63,561 bases of DNA from an uncultured Candidatus Saccharibacteria bacterium (GTDB lineage Bacteria > Patescibacteriota > Saccharimonadia > Saccharimonadales > CAYUUR01). The position numbers were made by a program, and so were the translations under genes. Within the stretch, counting starts at the first letter, position 1. Each line of letters begins with the position of its first letter. The stretch spans positions 1 to 63,561 of the forward strand of contig CAZEBF010000002.1 of assembly GCA_964510235.1 (NCBI GenBank), read 5' to 3'. Shown here piece after piece: positions 1 to 8,528 of this stretch. The notes beneath the pieces are model-generated. The model was not told the DNA's origin. It ran no database searches and saw nothing but the letters and a program-made list of their open reading frames with translations.

Positions 1-2
1 CA

Positions 3-254
3 TACAACGGTTGGAGCAACCGTGAAACGTGGTTAGCCAGTCTTTGGTTAACCAATGACCAAGGCAGCTATGCGCTGCTCATGGAAGCTCTAAGGGCTGG
101 CGACAGTGACTTTACTCGAGCTGATTGGCTTGAGCAGCAGTTACGCGAACAGCTCACCGAAGAAGCTGGTGACGCCAGTATGTGGAGCGATCTGCTAAGC
201 ACTGCGTTTCACCGCATCAACTGGGTCGAGGTTATAGAGAATAACCAAGACTAG
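3..254 (+). CDS. hypothetical protein, C-terminal fragment (5' end outside window)
   Basis: Frame 3 is open from the window edge to TAG at 252-254. Trp-rich YNGWSNRETWLASLWL motif is reminiscent of small phage/plasmid proteins (recall only). Confidence 0.35.
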   Translation, partial: YNGWSNRETWLASLWLTNDQGSYALLMEALRAGDSDFTRADWLEQQLREQLTEEAGDASMWSDLLSTAFHRINWVEVIENNQD

Positions 255-299
255 TTGCTCGCCCTGAGCATGGCGGCAAAAGGCTCATTTTCATAGTGT

Positions 300-953
300 C
301 TACACGTGATTTCGTTTGAACCAGTCGTATTCAAGAGGACTTCGGGGGCTATCAACAATCTTCCAGCCGTCGTCCTCAACTAAGATCGCTTGGTCGTCAG
401 TAAGGAGTACTAGTTCGTATTGCTTGTCGTACTTCTCTTTGATCTCATCGATTGTCTTAGTTCGTGCCTTCATATCATAGTGAGGGATAGGCACGATATC
501 GACAAAACCTAAGCCCTCGGTTGACTTGAGACCTTTGACTTTTTCTGGCTCGTCAATTGATGCAATAGAGCCAATATCAACACCTGCAATCAGCGCACCA
601 GCACTTGCTCCTGCATAGAGACCGCCGTCATTGACATATTCTGTAAGCAAAACGTCAAACCCACTTTGACGGAGTACTTTTAATAAGTGAAAGGTGTTAC
701 CTCCAGCAACATAAACGATATCGCATTTGTCGATTTCGTCTTTCATTTTTTCTTTTGATGACTTCTCGATGTCTAGCTCGGTGATTTTGAAACCCATTTT
801 AGCAAGGACATCTCTGTCTTTGTCTATCCACCAAACATCTTCATCAAGATTACCTGCTGTGGGAATGAACAACATTTTAATATCTGAGGGGCGAGCGTCA
901 ACGAACTGCTTAATGTATTCCAGTCCGCTTGATGCCAAGAGTAATTTCTTCAT
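300..953 (-). CDS. peptidase S51 family (dipeptidase E-like)
   Basis: 217 aa. FIPTAG, VYVAGGNTFHLL and GASAGA motifs are typical of the S51/peptidase E fold. Confidence 0.7.
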   Translation of the reverse strand: MKKLLLASSGLEYIKQFVDARPSDIKMLFIPTAGNLDEDVWWIDKDRDVLAKMGFKITELDIEKSSKEKMKDEIDKCDIVYVAGGNTFHLLKVLRQSGFDVLLTEYVNDGGLYAGASAGALIAGVDIGSIASIDEPEKVKGLKSTEGLGFVDIVPIPHYDMKARTKTIDEIKEKYDKQYELVLLTDDQAILVEDDGWKIVDSPRSPLEYDWFKRNHV

Positions 954-960
954 CTTTTAA

Positions 961-1752
961 TTATAGCCTAGTTAGCTCTTTCGATTCGTCGAACTTTGTC
1001 CATATCTCTTTTTCGCCTTCGACCATGGCTTTATCTGTAGTGGTCAAAAATTCTAGTTCGGCGTATGTGCTGTCCAGCTCCTTCTTAATGAGACTTGTAG
1101 CCCTTCTTCGCAACTGATCCGATTCGCAAACAATCAGCACCGAAGGTACAGGTGTATCTTGAGCTTTTTGCCAGATTTCCTGCTCAAAGTAGTAAATATA
1201 ACGTTTGATGGTCTTTCGGAGAGTCCAGTAAGACATGGTGTCCTCTAAACAGTCGAGAAAGTACGCTCTATCCGATTCAGGATCCGTTATAAGGGCGTCC
1301 GGCCGTTGCCTGGGTAAGCAATCCTTGCTGGTTAGCTCGGTTTTGCTGTAGAACTTAAATCGTCCCTTGTGGGTGTGCTTGAAGTAGTTGTAGACCTTAA
1401 AGACGTGGAGCCGGTGCTGTATTTGAGTGTCCTTGGCTCGTTTATCGTGATAAATGCTTCTTAGGTTAGATTCATCACTATACGGCTGTTCCCGAAGATA
1501 CCTAACAGCCCTTAGTGTTAGGTAGTAGGTTGCCGGTCTTCCCTGGATCTTATAGCTGCTGTCGTAGTTCATGCCTAGATAGTCTTGATCTACTAGTATT
1601 TTTAGACGTGAAGTTATAACACGGATATGTTTGGCTTTTTGGCTTTCAGTTATAAGTGCTGCAGTAGCAAAGCGAAATTTGTATAAGGTATTAAGTAGTA
1701 GTATTTGATGATTGTTTAATGGTCGTCGATATTTAGGCTCAGGTTTAGTCAT
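961..1752 (-). CDS. replication-relaxation family protein
   Basis: 263 aa. N-terminal winged-helix-like pattern (LLLNTLYKFRFATAALI...SRLKILVDQDYL...YYLT) is typical of Replic_Relax proteins of plasmids/ICEs. Confidence 0.55.
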   Translation of the reverse strand: MTKPEPKYRRPLNNHQILLLNTLYKFRFATAALITESQKAKHIRVITSRLKILVDQDYLGMNYDSSYKIQGRPATYYLTLRAVRYLREQPYSDESNLRSIYHDKRAKDTQIQHRLHVFKVYNYFKHTHKGRFKFYSKTELTSKDCLPRQRPDALITDPESDRAYFLDCLEDTMSYWTLRKTIKRYIYYFEQEIWQKAQDTPVPSVLIVCESDQLRRRATSLIKKELDSTYAELEFLTTTDKAMVEGEKEIWTKFDESKELTRL

Positions 1753-1892
1753 GATTGTATGTTCTCTGCTCTATACTATGTATAGAGAATTATAGTACAA
1801 AAGAATAAAACAACAACAGGGGTAGTTAGTATATATAGGTATCTTAGCGAAAAGATATCCACAGTTTCGTTCAACAAATACATATTTTACAC

Positions 1893-1938
1893 TTGTAACT
1901 ATCTGTTGTCGGATAGTATAATTATCCGTAGGCGGATA
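1893..1938 (+). promoter_or_regulatory. sigma70-like promoter with operator-like repeats upstream of the recombinase operon
   Basis: TTGTAA (1893-1898), 18 nt spacer, TATAAT (1917-1922). Inverted repeat CGGATA/TATCCG brackets the -10; a third CGGATA lies at 1933-1938. Confidence 0.4.
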
Positions 1939-1945
1939 GCTAACT

Positions 1946-2116
1946 ATGCATGACGAGGGTATAAATCAAGTAGCAATCGACAGTTCAATAGAGCTTCTTC
2001 AGAGTATTCTAGAGTCCGAACAGCAACAATCTATTCACATTGACGATGTAAAAGAGATTGCTTATGACCTGATCAGCTTTTACGAGCTTTTAGCTGAGGG
2101 TAGCGATGAGCAGTAA
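1946..2116 (+). CDS. small acidic protein (56 aa), possible recombination directionality factor
   Basis: ATG 1946 to TAA 2114-2116. Its stop overlaps the recombinase ATG (ATGAGCAGTAA). Below the ORF-track length cutoff. Confidence 0.35.
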   Translation: MHDEGINQVAIDSSIELLQSILESEQQQSIHIDDVKEIAYDLISFYELLAEGSDEQ

Positions 2117-3602
2117 AGAGAGTAATGCCGTTATCTTGGCGCGGGTGTCTAGTAAGGCGCAAGAGGATGAAGGATACTCGTTAGACTCACAGCTAAAGCT
2201 GCTTATGGGCTACTGTACTCAACGCGAGCTGAATGTAGTTAAAGTCTTTAAGATAGCGGAAACAGCATCTAAAGAACAAAGCCGAAAAGTATTCCATGAA
2301 TTACTTAAGTACCTAAAAACCGGTGAGGTATTTCACTTGACCGTCGAAAAGACTGATCGATTGACCAGAAACTTCCGAGACGCTGTCTCGATTGATGAAT
2401 GGCTCGACCAAGATGCTCGACGAAGGCTGCATGCCGTTAAAGAAAGTTTGTTGCTCCATAAGGAAGCAAAATCTGACGTCAAGTTTATGTGGAATATCCA
2501 TCTATCTGTTGCTAAGAAGTACTCCGATAACCTACGCGAAGAAGCTATGAAGGGCTGGGCAGAGAAACTGGCTCAAGGCTGGTTGCCCGCACCGCCGCCG
2601 CCTGGCTATATGACGGTCACTGTTAATGGCAAGAAGATCCATCAACCGGACGCCAACACTACGCCGCTCATGAAGCGGGCTTTTGAAAAGTACCTTGAAC
2701 CAAATCAATCTATTGAGAGCATTGGCAAAGAAATGGAGCTGATGGGACTGCGAACAAAGAAAGGCCGGCCATTTGCCAAAAGCCACGTCCAGCGGATACT
2801 GACCAACCCATTTTACATCGGTATCAACCGCTTTGATGGCAAGGACTATCCTGGCGCACAAGAACCGATTATCGCAAAAGAGATTTTTGAGAGAGTCCAG
2901 CAAAAAATGCGTCGCAAACTAACGTGCAAGTACCGTACTCACAACCCAGTCTTTAAGAACATTATCGTGTGCAGTACTTGTGAACGTATGGTTACGTGGC
3001 AGCTGCAAAAAGGTCGCTACTACGGTGCATGCCAGCGAAAAACACCTGGTTGTAAGCAAAATAAACTACTACGCCAAGACCACCTAGAAGAGAAGGTACA
3101 GAAGATGCTGAGTAACCTTGTCTCGCCAACCCAGGCGGTGATTGAGTGGCTCGCCGAGGCTATGCGCGCCAAACACCAAAGCGCCATCAACGACAACGAA
3201 CAACTAGTGAACTCTATCCAGACGCAGATAGACCGTGTCATGCGTATGGACAGTAACATGTACGAGGATAAGCTGGCAGGAGATATATCACCAAAGCTAT
3301 ATAGCGAGAAACATGATGAATTTGCTGCTCAGACAGCCGCGCTAGGGGAGCGTTTGAACGAGATCGATCAGACACTAGGCAAGGCGTTAGAACAAAAGCT
3401 GGTATTGCTTCGACTCACTCAAAAAGCTGGCACTATATACGCTAAAAAGACACCGATTCAGAAAAGGATCATCATTTCTAAACTATTCCAAGATTTCCAC
3501 TACAAGGACGGAATTCTATCTGTTAATTACACTAAATTCGCGCGAGCAATCGCTGATAACGTTATAGAAACTCATAAAATCATAGGAGGTAAATATGAGT
3601 AA
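2106..3602 (+). CDS. large serine recombinase
   Basis: 498 aa. N-terminal resolvase catalytic motif (VILARVSSKAQ...YSLDSQ, DRLTRNFRD), recombinase domain, Cys-rich zinc ribbon (CSTCERMV...CQRKTPGC) and coiled-coil tail. Confidence 0.9.
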   Translation: MSSKESNAVILARVSSKAQEDEGYSLDSQLKLLMGYCTQRELNVVKVFKIAETASKEQSRKVFHELLKYLKTGEVFHLTVEKTDRLTRNFRDAVSIDEWLDQDARRRLHAVKESLLLHKEAKSDVKFMWNIHLSVAKKYSDNLREEAMKGWAEKLAQGWLPAPPPPGYMTVTVNGKKIHQPDANTTPLMKRAFEKYLEPNQSIESIGKEMELMGLRTKKGRPFAKSHVQRILTNPFYIGINRFDGKDYPGAQEPIIAKEIFERVQQKMRRKLTCKYRTHNPVFKNIIVCSTCERMVTWQLQKGRYYGACQRKTPGCKQNKLLRQDHLEEKVQKMLSNLVSPTQAVIEWLAEAMRAKHQSAINDNEQLVNSIQTQIDRVMRMDSNMYEDKLAGDISPKLYSEKHDEFAAQTAALGERLNEIDQTLGKALEQKLVLLRLTQKAGTIYAKKTPIQKRIIISKLFQDFHYKDGILSVNYTKFARAIADNVIETHKIIGGKYE

Positions 3603-3669
3603 CCAAACTAATAATAATGAATCAAATAACAGGGGTGAGGAGGAACAGGAAGTGCTTCTGCGTTCTATA

Positions 3670-3744
3670 TGGCTGGGGCGGCAGGATTCGAACCTGCGAA
3701 TGCTGGTACCAAAAACCAGTGCCTTACCACTTGGCCACGCCCCA
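3670..3744 (-). tRNA. tRNA-Gln (anticodon UUG), CCA encoded
   Basis: Reverse complement folds as a cloverleaf: acceptor UGGGGCG/CGCCCCA, anticodon arm CTGGT-TTTTGGT-ACCAG, T arm GCAGG-TTCGAATC-CTGC. U1:A72 and G73 are typical of tRNA-Gln. Confidence 0.9.
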
Positions 3745-4044
3745 TTAATGCATAAGTTGTTATATGCAGTTTAGCGTCTGTGCTGGACGGTTTTTGGTAC
3801 CAGGTACCATGTTGTCTAATTTGTTGCGGATGAACCGCAACGGGCAGTGCCTTACCACTTGGCCACGCCCCATTAATGCATAAGTTGTTAAATGCAGTTT
3901 AGCGTCTGTGCTGGACGGTTTTTGACACCAGGTACCATGTTGTCTAATTTGTTGCGGATGAACCGCAACGGGCAGTGCCTTACCACTTGGCCACGCCCCA
4001 TTAATGCATAAGTTGTTAAATGCAGTTTAGCGTCTGTGCTGGAC
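3717..4044. repeat. Tandem 128-bp repeat (2.6 copies) containing the 5' 28 nt of tRNA-Gln plus its upstream flank
   Basis: Copies start at 3717, 3845 and 3973. Three substitutions between copies 1 and 2; copy 3 (72 nt) is identical to copy 2. Confidence 0.95.
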
Positions 4045-4098
4045 CGGCCACGACCAATTATCAGCAAGAATACGACTAAATAACAGATTGATTCTACA

Positions 4099-4659
4099 CT
4101 AAGAAGCGTGATTTCTCAAGCCACGTATGGCTTCATTTGCCCGCCGTATGTTGTTTGCTACACCGTGGAACACTACAAAACTTTCTGGTGTCCACAGGCG
4201 TGGGGCCGTCTCTGAGGCGTCGCGTCGTGCGCCAAAGCTTGGCATTGTTGCCTGATGGCGTTCTAGCAAAGTTTTTCCCTGATCTGGGCCGTCGACAATT
4301 GAGAGTACGGACAGCACTGAAAAACGCCTACCTCTGAGCGGCAGTTCAACCGCAAGAACATTATATTGATGCGGTTGCTCATAGCGTGTTCGCGTGATGT
4401 TGCTGTGGCCGATTCCGGGGACAAGTCGATCAGCTAGGCGTTGTCGAGCGTAGTGACTCGTAATTGTGTGTACATCTTCATCGAAAGCTAGAGCGGAAAT
4501 GTCAGATTGTTCCATGGCGTCACGATGCGTTAAAGAAGTTAGATCATGCTCGCCGCTTTCGAAGGCATCATGACTGATGAGTCCATATTGTTCCGGGTGC
4601 TTAAAGTCGTTGCCACGGTCGCCACGATGTACGCCTGATGGCTGAAGAGTATCACTCAT
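4099..4659 (-). CDS. hypothetical protein
   Basis: 186-aa ORF with AAGGAAG Shine-Dalgarno 6 nt upstream of the ATG. No recognisable motif. Confidence 0.5.
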   Translation of the reverse strand: MSDTLQPSGVHRGDRGNDFKHPEQYGLISHDAFESGEHDLTSLTHRDAMEQSDISALAFDEDVHTITSHYARQRLADRLVPGIGHSNITRTRYEQPHQYNVLAVELPLRGRRFSVLSVLSIVDGPDQGKTLLERHQATMPSFGARRDASETAPRLWTPESFVVFHGVANNIRRANEAIRGLRNHAS

Positions 4660-4765
4660 TTTACTTCCTTATAGATTTATTAGCTTAAACTCTACTTTGC
4701 GCCTTTCATGTTGTTGTTGTCAAGCAGTTTATTGTTGATTAAACATAAGGAGTATAATAAGGCCA

Positions 4766-5653
4766 ATGCGAGTTATTGAACCACGGCTACATCCACCTAA
4801 GAACAAGCCAAAGCGCCAGAGCCGTTTGTCTGAAAACCAAAGAAAAGCACTATTCATAACGGCTCTTGTATTCATTTCTCTTGGGTTTCTGACTTGGTTA
4901 ACAGATCGGCATCCAGAATTATCTATATGGTCTACGATTACAGGGCAAAGTCACGAAACTGCTGCGCAAACGACGCAAGAGCCAAAGACTATCCAGAACT
5001 TTACTGCAGAACAGTTTAAGTCGTTGTACGGCACTTTCGCCTACCCGAACATCCAAGAGATTACAACCCCACCGGCAATTACTGCTAGCCCAGCTGCAGA
5101 TAGACGCATCCGAGAACTCGCCGAGAAACGTGGTTATACTTTAAGAAGCGTACCAGTTGCGCCAATTAGCAAAGTTGATGAGCCTAATCTTGAAGGCGAT
5201 GATTTACTGCAACCATTGGCGCTAAGCGCCTGGCAAGATCTCAAAGCGGCAGCCGCTAAGGACAAGGTCCCGCTCCGTTTATTGTCTGCGTACCGACCGA
5301 TCAATTACCAACGTGATTTGTTTAGTCAACGTTTAAGTGTGGCTGGTGCGTATGTAGTTGATATAGGTAACGGCTTAGCGGACGACAAAGTGACCCAAGT
5401 GCTGAGCATGACAGCTCCTCCTGGGTATTCCAGACACCACACTGGCTACACTATTGACTTGGCCTGCTACCCGAATGGAGGCTTTATGGAATTCGCCAAG
5501 AGCAGCTGCTATACATGGTTGAGTAAAGACAATTATCGAGTCGCCAAAGAGCACGGCTGGATACCAAGTTATCCTGAAGGTGCCGACAAGCAAGGCCCAG
5601 AGCCAGAACCATGGGAGTATGTATGGGTGGGACGTGATGCGGTGATTCGCTAA
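4766..5653 (+). CDS. D-alanyl-D-alanine carboxypeptidase family protein (peptidase M15B/VanY-like), membrane anchored
   Basis: 295 aa. N-terminal TM segment. SAYRPINYQRDLF, SRHHTGYTIDL and EPWEYVWVG match the VanY zinc-peptidase signature. Confidence 0.8.
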   Translation: MRVIEPRLHPPKNKPKRQSRLSENQRKALFITALVFISLGFLTWLTDRHPELSIWSTITGQSHETAAQTTQEPKTIQNFTAEQFKSLYGTFAYPNIQEITTPPAITASPAADRRIRELAEKRGYTLRSVPVAPISKVDEPNLEGDDLLQPLALSAWQDLKAAAAKDKVPLRLLSAYRPINYQRDLFSQRLSVAGAYVVDIGNGLADDKVTQVLSMTAPPGYSRHHTGYTIDLACYPNGGFMEFAKSSCYTWLSKDNYRVAKEHGWIPSYPEGADKQGPEPEPWEYVWVGRDAVIR

Positions 5654-6382
5654 CTACTTGTAGTCTGGAGCTGGCGGCAGGCCAAAAAACGCTTCCATAC
5701 TTTGGCCTGTACGTTCAATTTCTTGAGCCAAATCAGGACCGACGTAACGTAAGTGCCACGGTTCAAAGCTAAAACCGACTTCTGATTCCATGTTTTTCTT
5801 GTAGCGAATAATGAAACCATAACGGCTGGCATTTTGACTAACCCACTTGCCTTCACGAGTTGTCGCAAAACATTCTTCAAGTTGGCACTTGCCGTTTGCC
5901 TGTCCTACATCAACCGCTAAGCCAGTTTGGTGCTCACTGTGCCCTGGCTTGGCGCTATAGCGATTTGCGGCGGCTTCACCATCTTGACTGACGAAGTTCT
6001 GATAAACGGAACGCTGATAGTCGAACGAGCGGTATCCGCTCACGAGTGTCAGGTCGACTCCATCTTGTTTTGCGCCAGCGAACATTTTTTCTAAAGCTGT
6101 AGCGGCTTCATCACGGACTAACATTTCGCCCCCACCTCGCAATGCAACGTCTGGAGTTCTTAGCATCTTGGGCGAATATGAACTAGGCAATGGCCGCTGT
6201 TTGTTGACGACAACCCATAGGCTGCTTGGCGATGAAGTTGAGTACTTGGTTTTATCAAATGATAACTGTGCTGTGGTATTGGTTTCTGTGGATGGGGTCG
6301 CGACGGGCTGTGTACGCAAGACAAAGACGATGATTAGTAGACTAAGTGCAACAATGATCAAAATTAGTTTTTTTGGCATCAA
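5654..6382 (-). CDS. D-alanyl-D-alanine carboxypeptidase family protein (peptidase M15B/VanY-like)
   Basis: 242 aa. Signal/TM segment. SGYRSFDYQRSVY, GHSEHQTGLAVDV and EPWHLRYVG motifs. Confidence 0.85.
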   Translation of the reverse strand: MMPKKLILIIVALSLLIIVFVLRTQPVATPSTETNTTAQLSFDKTKYSTSSPSSLWVVVNKQRPLPSSYSPKMLRTPDVALRGGGEMLVRDEAATALEKMFAGAKQDGVDLTLVSGYRSFDYQRSVYQNFVSQDGEAAANRYSAKPGHSEHQTGLAVDVGQANGKCQLEECFATTREGKWVSQNASRYGFIIRYKKNMESEVGFSFEPWHLRYVGPDLAQEIERTGQSMEAFFGLPPAPDYK

Positions 6383-6435
6383 TGATCAGTATAACAGCTT
6401 GCGCTCCCCTGTTGTTTGTTTTAGAGTAGACGGTA

Positions 6436-7365
6436 ATGCCAAGAAGCAAACAACAAAAACCCGAGGATTACATTCGGCCACTCTTTATCAATGGGATGCA
6501 AGGTCGTGTCTTGCGTATGCCGCCGCCTAAGGGTAAAAGCCGAGAGCTTCTGTTTGTTTATGGTCACCATTCCAGCCTGGAACGCTGGTGGGGTGTAATG
6601 CAAGATCTCAATCAATACGGTGGTGTTACTATGCCAGATTTGCCAGGATTTGGTGGCATGGATAGCTTCTATAAGATTGGTGAAGAGCCAACACTCGACA
6701 ACATGGCTGACTACCTAGCCTCGTTTATTAAGCTGTTTTACAAGCGCCGCCGCGTGACCATTGCCGGTTTATCCTTCGGTTTTGTAGTTGTCACTCGCAT
6801 GTTGCAGCGCTATCCAGAACTGGCAAAAAAGGTAGATTTGTTGGTTAGTGTGGTTGGCTTTGCGCACCAGGATGATTTTATTTTTACCAAGCCCCGCTAT
6901 TACACGTATCTTACAATGAGTCGAGTTTGTGAAGGGCGCATCGCTTCCAAGATATTTAGAGTAGCTTTGCTAAACAAGTATGTGCTAAAGGCTGTGTATG
7001 CCAAGACACGAAACGCCAAGCAAAAATTTGAAGATCAGTCTGGTGAAATGTTCCATGAAACTATGCGTAACGAGATAAAACTATGGCAAATAAACGATGT
7101 TCGCACGCGTTGCTCAACTGCTCGACAATTTTTGACACTCAACAACTGCCATCAGCAGGTCAATCTACCGGTTGTTCATATTTCAGTAGCCGGCGACCGC
7201 TATTTTGACAACCATCTTGTGGAGCAACATATGCGCATTATTTTTACTGATTTCACTGATATTCCATCAAATATGAAAACACATGCACCGAGTATTATCG
7301 CTGATAAAAAATCGGCCGCTCCTCTGTTCCCACGCGCGTTGCGCAAAATGCTTTCGACGCAGTAA
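6436..7365 (+). CDS. alpha/beta hydrolase
   Basis: 309 aa. HG-type oxyanion region (FVYGHH) and GLSFG nucleophile elbow. Confidence 0.65.
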   Translation: MPRSKQQKPEDYIRPLFINGMQGRVLRMPPPKGKSRELLFVYGHHSSLERWWGVMQDLNQYGGVTMPDLPGFGGMDSFYKIGEEPTLDNMADYLASFIKLFYKRRRVTIAGLSFGFVVVTRMLQRYPELAKKVDLLVSVVGFAHQDDFIFTKPRYYTYLTMSRVCEGRIASKIFRVALLNKYVLKAVYAKTRNAKQKFEDQSGEMFHETMRNEIKLWQINDVRTRCSTARQFLTLNNCHQQVNLPVVHISVAGDRYFDNHLVEQHMRIIFTDFTDIPSNMKTHAPSIIADKKSAAPLFPRALRKMLSTQ

Positions 7366-7385
7366 AGTGGTATACTGACTACAAG

Positions 7386-8528
7386 ATGAAAATTGGATTA
7401 GTCTGTCCATATCATATATTCCGTGGTGGCGGCGTTCAGGAGTGTGTATTCGCGCTGCAGCGTGAATTAGTAGCGCGTGGTCACGAAGCCAAAATTATTA
7501 CGCCCTTACCGCGTGATACGAATGGGCATAGTTCTGACGATGATTCAATTGTTTTTGTTGGTACTTCGGCTAATGTCAAATCACCTTTCCATACCACTGC
7601 CCAAGTATCGGTAGCGCTTGATCAACGATCTATGAGTGAAATGCTGGAACGTGAGCAGTTTGATGTGCTGCATTTTCATGAGCCCTGGGTGCCAATTATG
7701 AGCCGACAGCTTTTGACACAATCTGACACGGTTAACGTCGCAACCTTCCATGCCAAATTACCAGAAACAGTCATGTCTAAGACAATTGAGAAAGTTATTA
7801 CTCCGTACACAAAATCAGTACTAAAGTATCTAGACTCGTTTACAGCTGTCTCCAACGCGGCTGCTCAATATGTTAAGACCATAACTGATGAGCCGATAAC
7901 AATCGTTCCTAATGGTATCGATCTAACACGCTATACCAATGTGCCTGCTAAAAACGTTGGTCGTAACCCACATTTGCTCTACGTTGGACGACTCGAGAAA
8001 AGAAAAGGTGTTAAGTATTTGCTGCTGGCATTTGCTCTATTTTCTGAAAAATTCCCTCGCGCTCAGCTTCATATTGCTGGCGATGGTCCTGACCGTGAAA
8101 AATTAGAACAATTAGTGGCAGAAGAGAAGATTATGAATGTCACGTTCCACGGCTTTGTATCTGATAAGCAAAAGCAAAAACTGTTTAATGCAACTGATCT
8201 GTTCTGTTCACCGGCATTATACGGAGAGAGTTTTGGCATTGTTCTTTTAGAAGCTATGGCCAAAGGAATCGTTACCGTGGCTGGTGATAATCCAGGTTAC
8301 GCTGATGTCATGCAAGGGCGTGGTGCACTTTCGTTAGTAAATCCAGAAGACACATCGCAGTTTGCCAAGCGCCTTGAGTTGTTATTGACTGATGAAGAAA
8401 CGCGCGCCTTGTGGCGAGAATGGGCACTCGACTATGTTCAACAGTTTGATTATCCAAATGTGGTAGACCAATACGTACAGGTATATAAACAGGCACTCAA
8501 ACACAAGCAGTATGTCCGCAAAATCTAA
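7386..8528 (+). CDS. glycosyltransferase family 4
   Basis: 380 aa. GT-B fold motifs: HFHEPW, GRLEKRKG, ESFGIVLLEAMAKG (EX7E). Confidence 0.85.
   Translation: MKIGLVCPYHIFRGGGVQECVFALQRELVARGHEAKIITPLPRDTNGHSSDDDSIVFVGTSANVKSPFHTTAQVSVALDQRSMSEMLEREQFDVLHFHEPWVPIMSRQLLTQSDTVNVATFHAKLPETVMSKTIEKVITPYTKSVLKYLDSFTAVSNAAAQYVKTITDEPITIVPNGIDLTRYTNVPAKNVGRNPHLLYVGRLEKRKGVKYLLLAFALFSEKFPRAQLHIAGDGPDREKLEQLVAEEKIMNVTFHGFVSDKQKQKLFNATDLFCSPALYGESFGIVLLEAMAKGIVTVAGDNPGYADVMQGRGALSLVNPEDTSQFAKRLELLLTDEETRALWREWALDYVQQFDYPNVVDQYVQVYKQALKHKQYVRKI

Larger units (their letters stand above)
1..3744. mobile_element. Putative integrative element 1 (right end at tRNA-Gln; left end at or beyond window edge)
   Basis: Large serine recombinase convergent with tRNA-Gln, replication-relaxation gene, small acidic ORF and AT-rich divergent promoter region. 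Stacked tRNA-Gln half copies lie just outside. Confidence 0.5.

Noticed and set aside
3717-4044. Could the 128-bp repeat array be a CRISPR array?
   Set aside because: The units are contiguous with no unique spacers, the period is far too long, the unit contains a tRNA fragment, and no cas genes are present. It is a tandem duplication of an att/tRNA flank.
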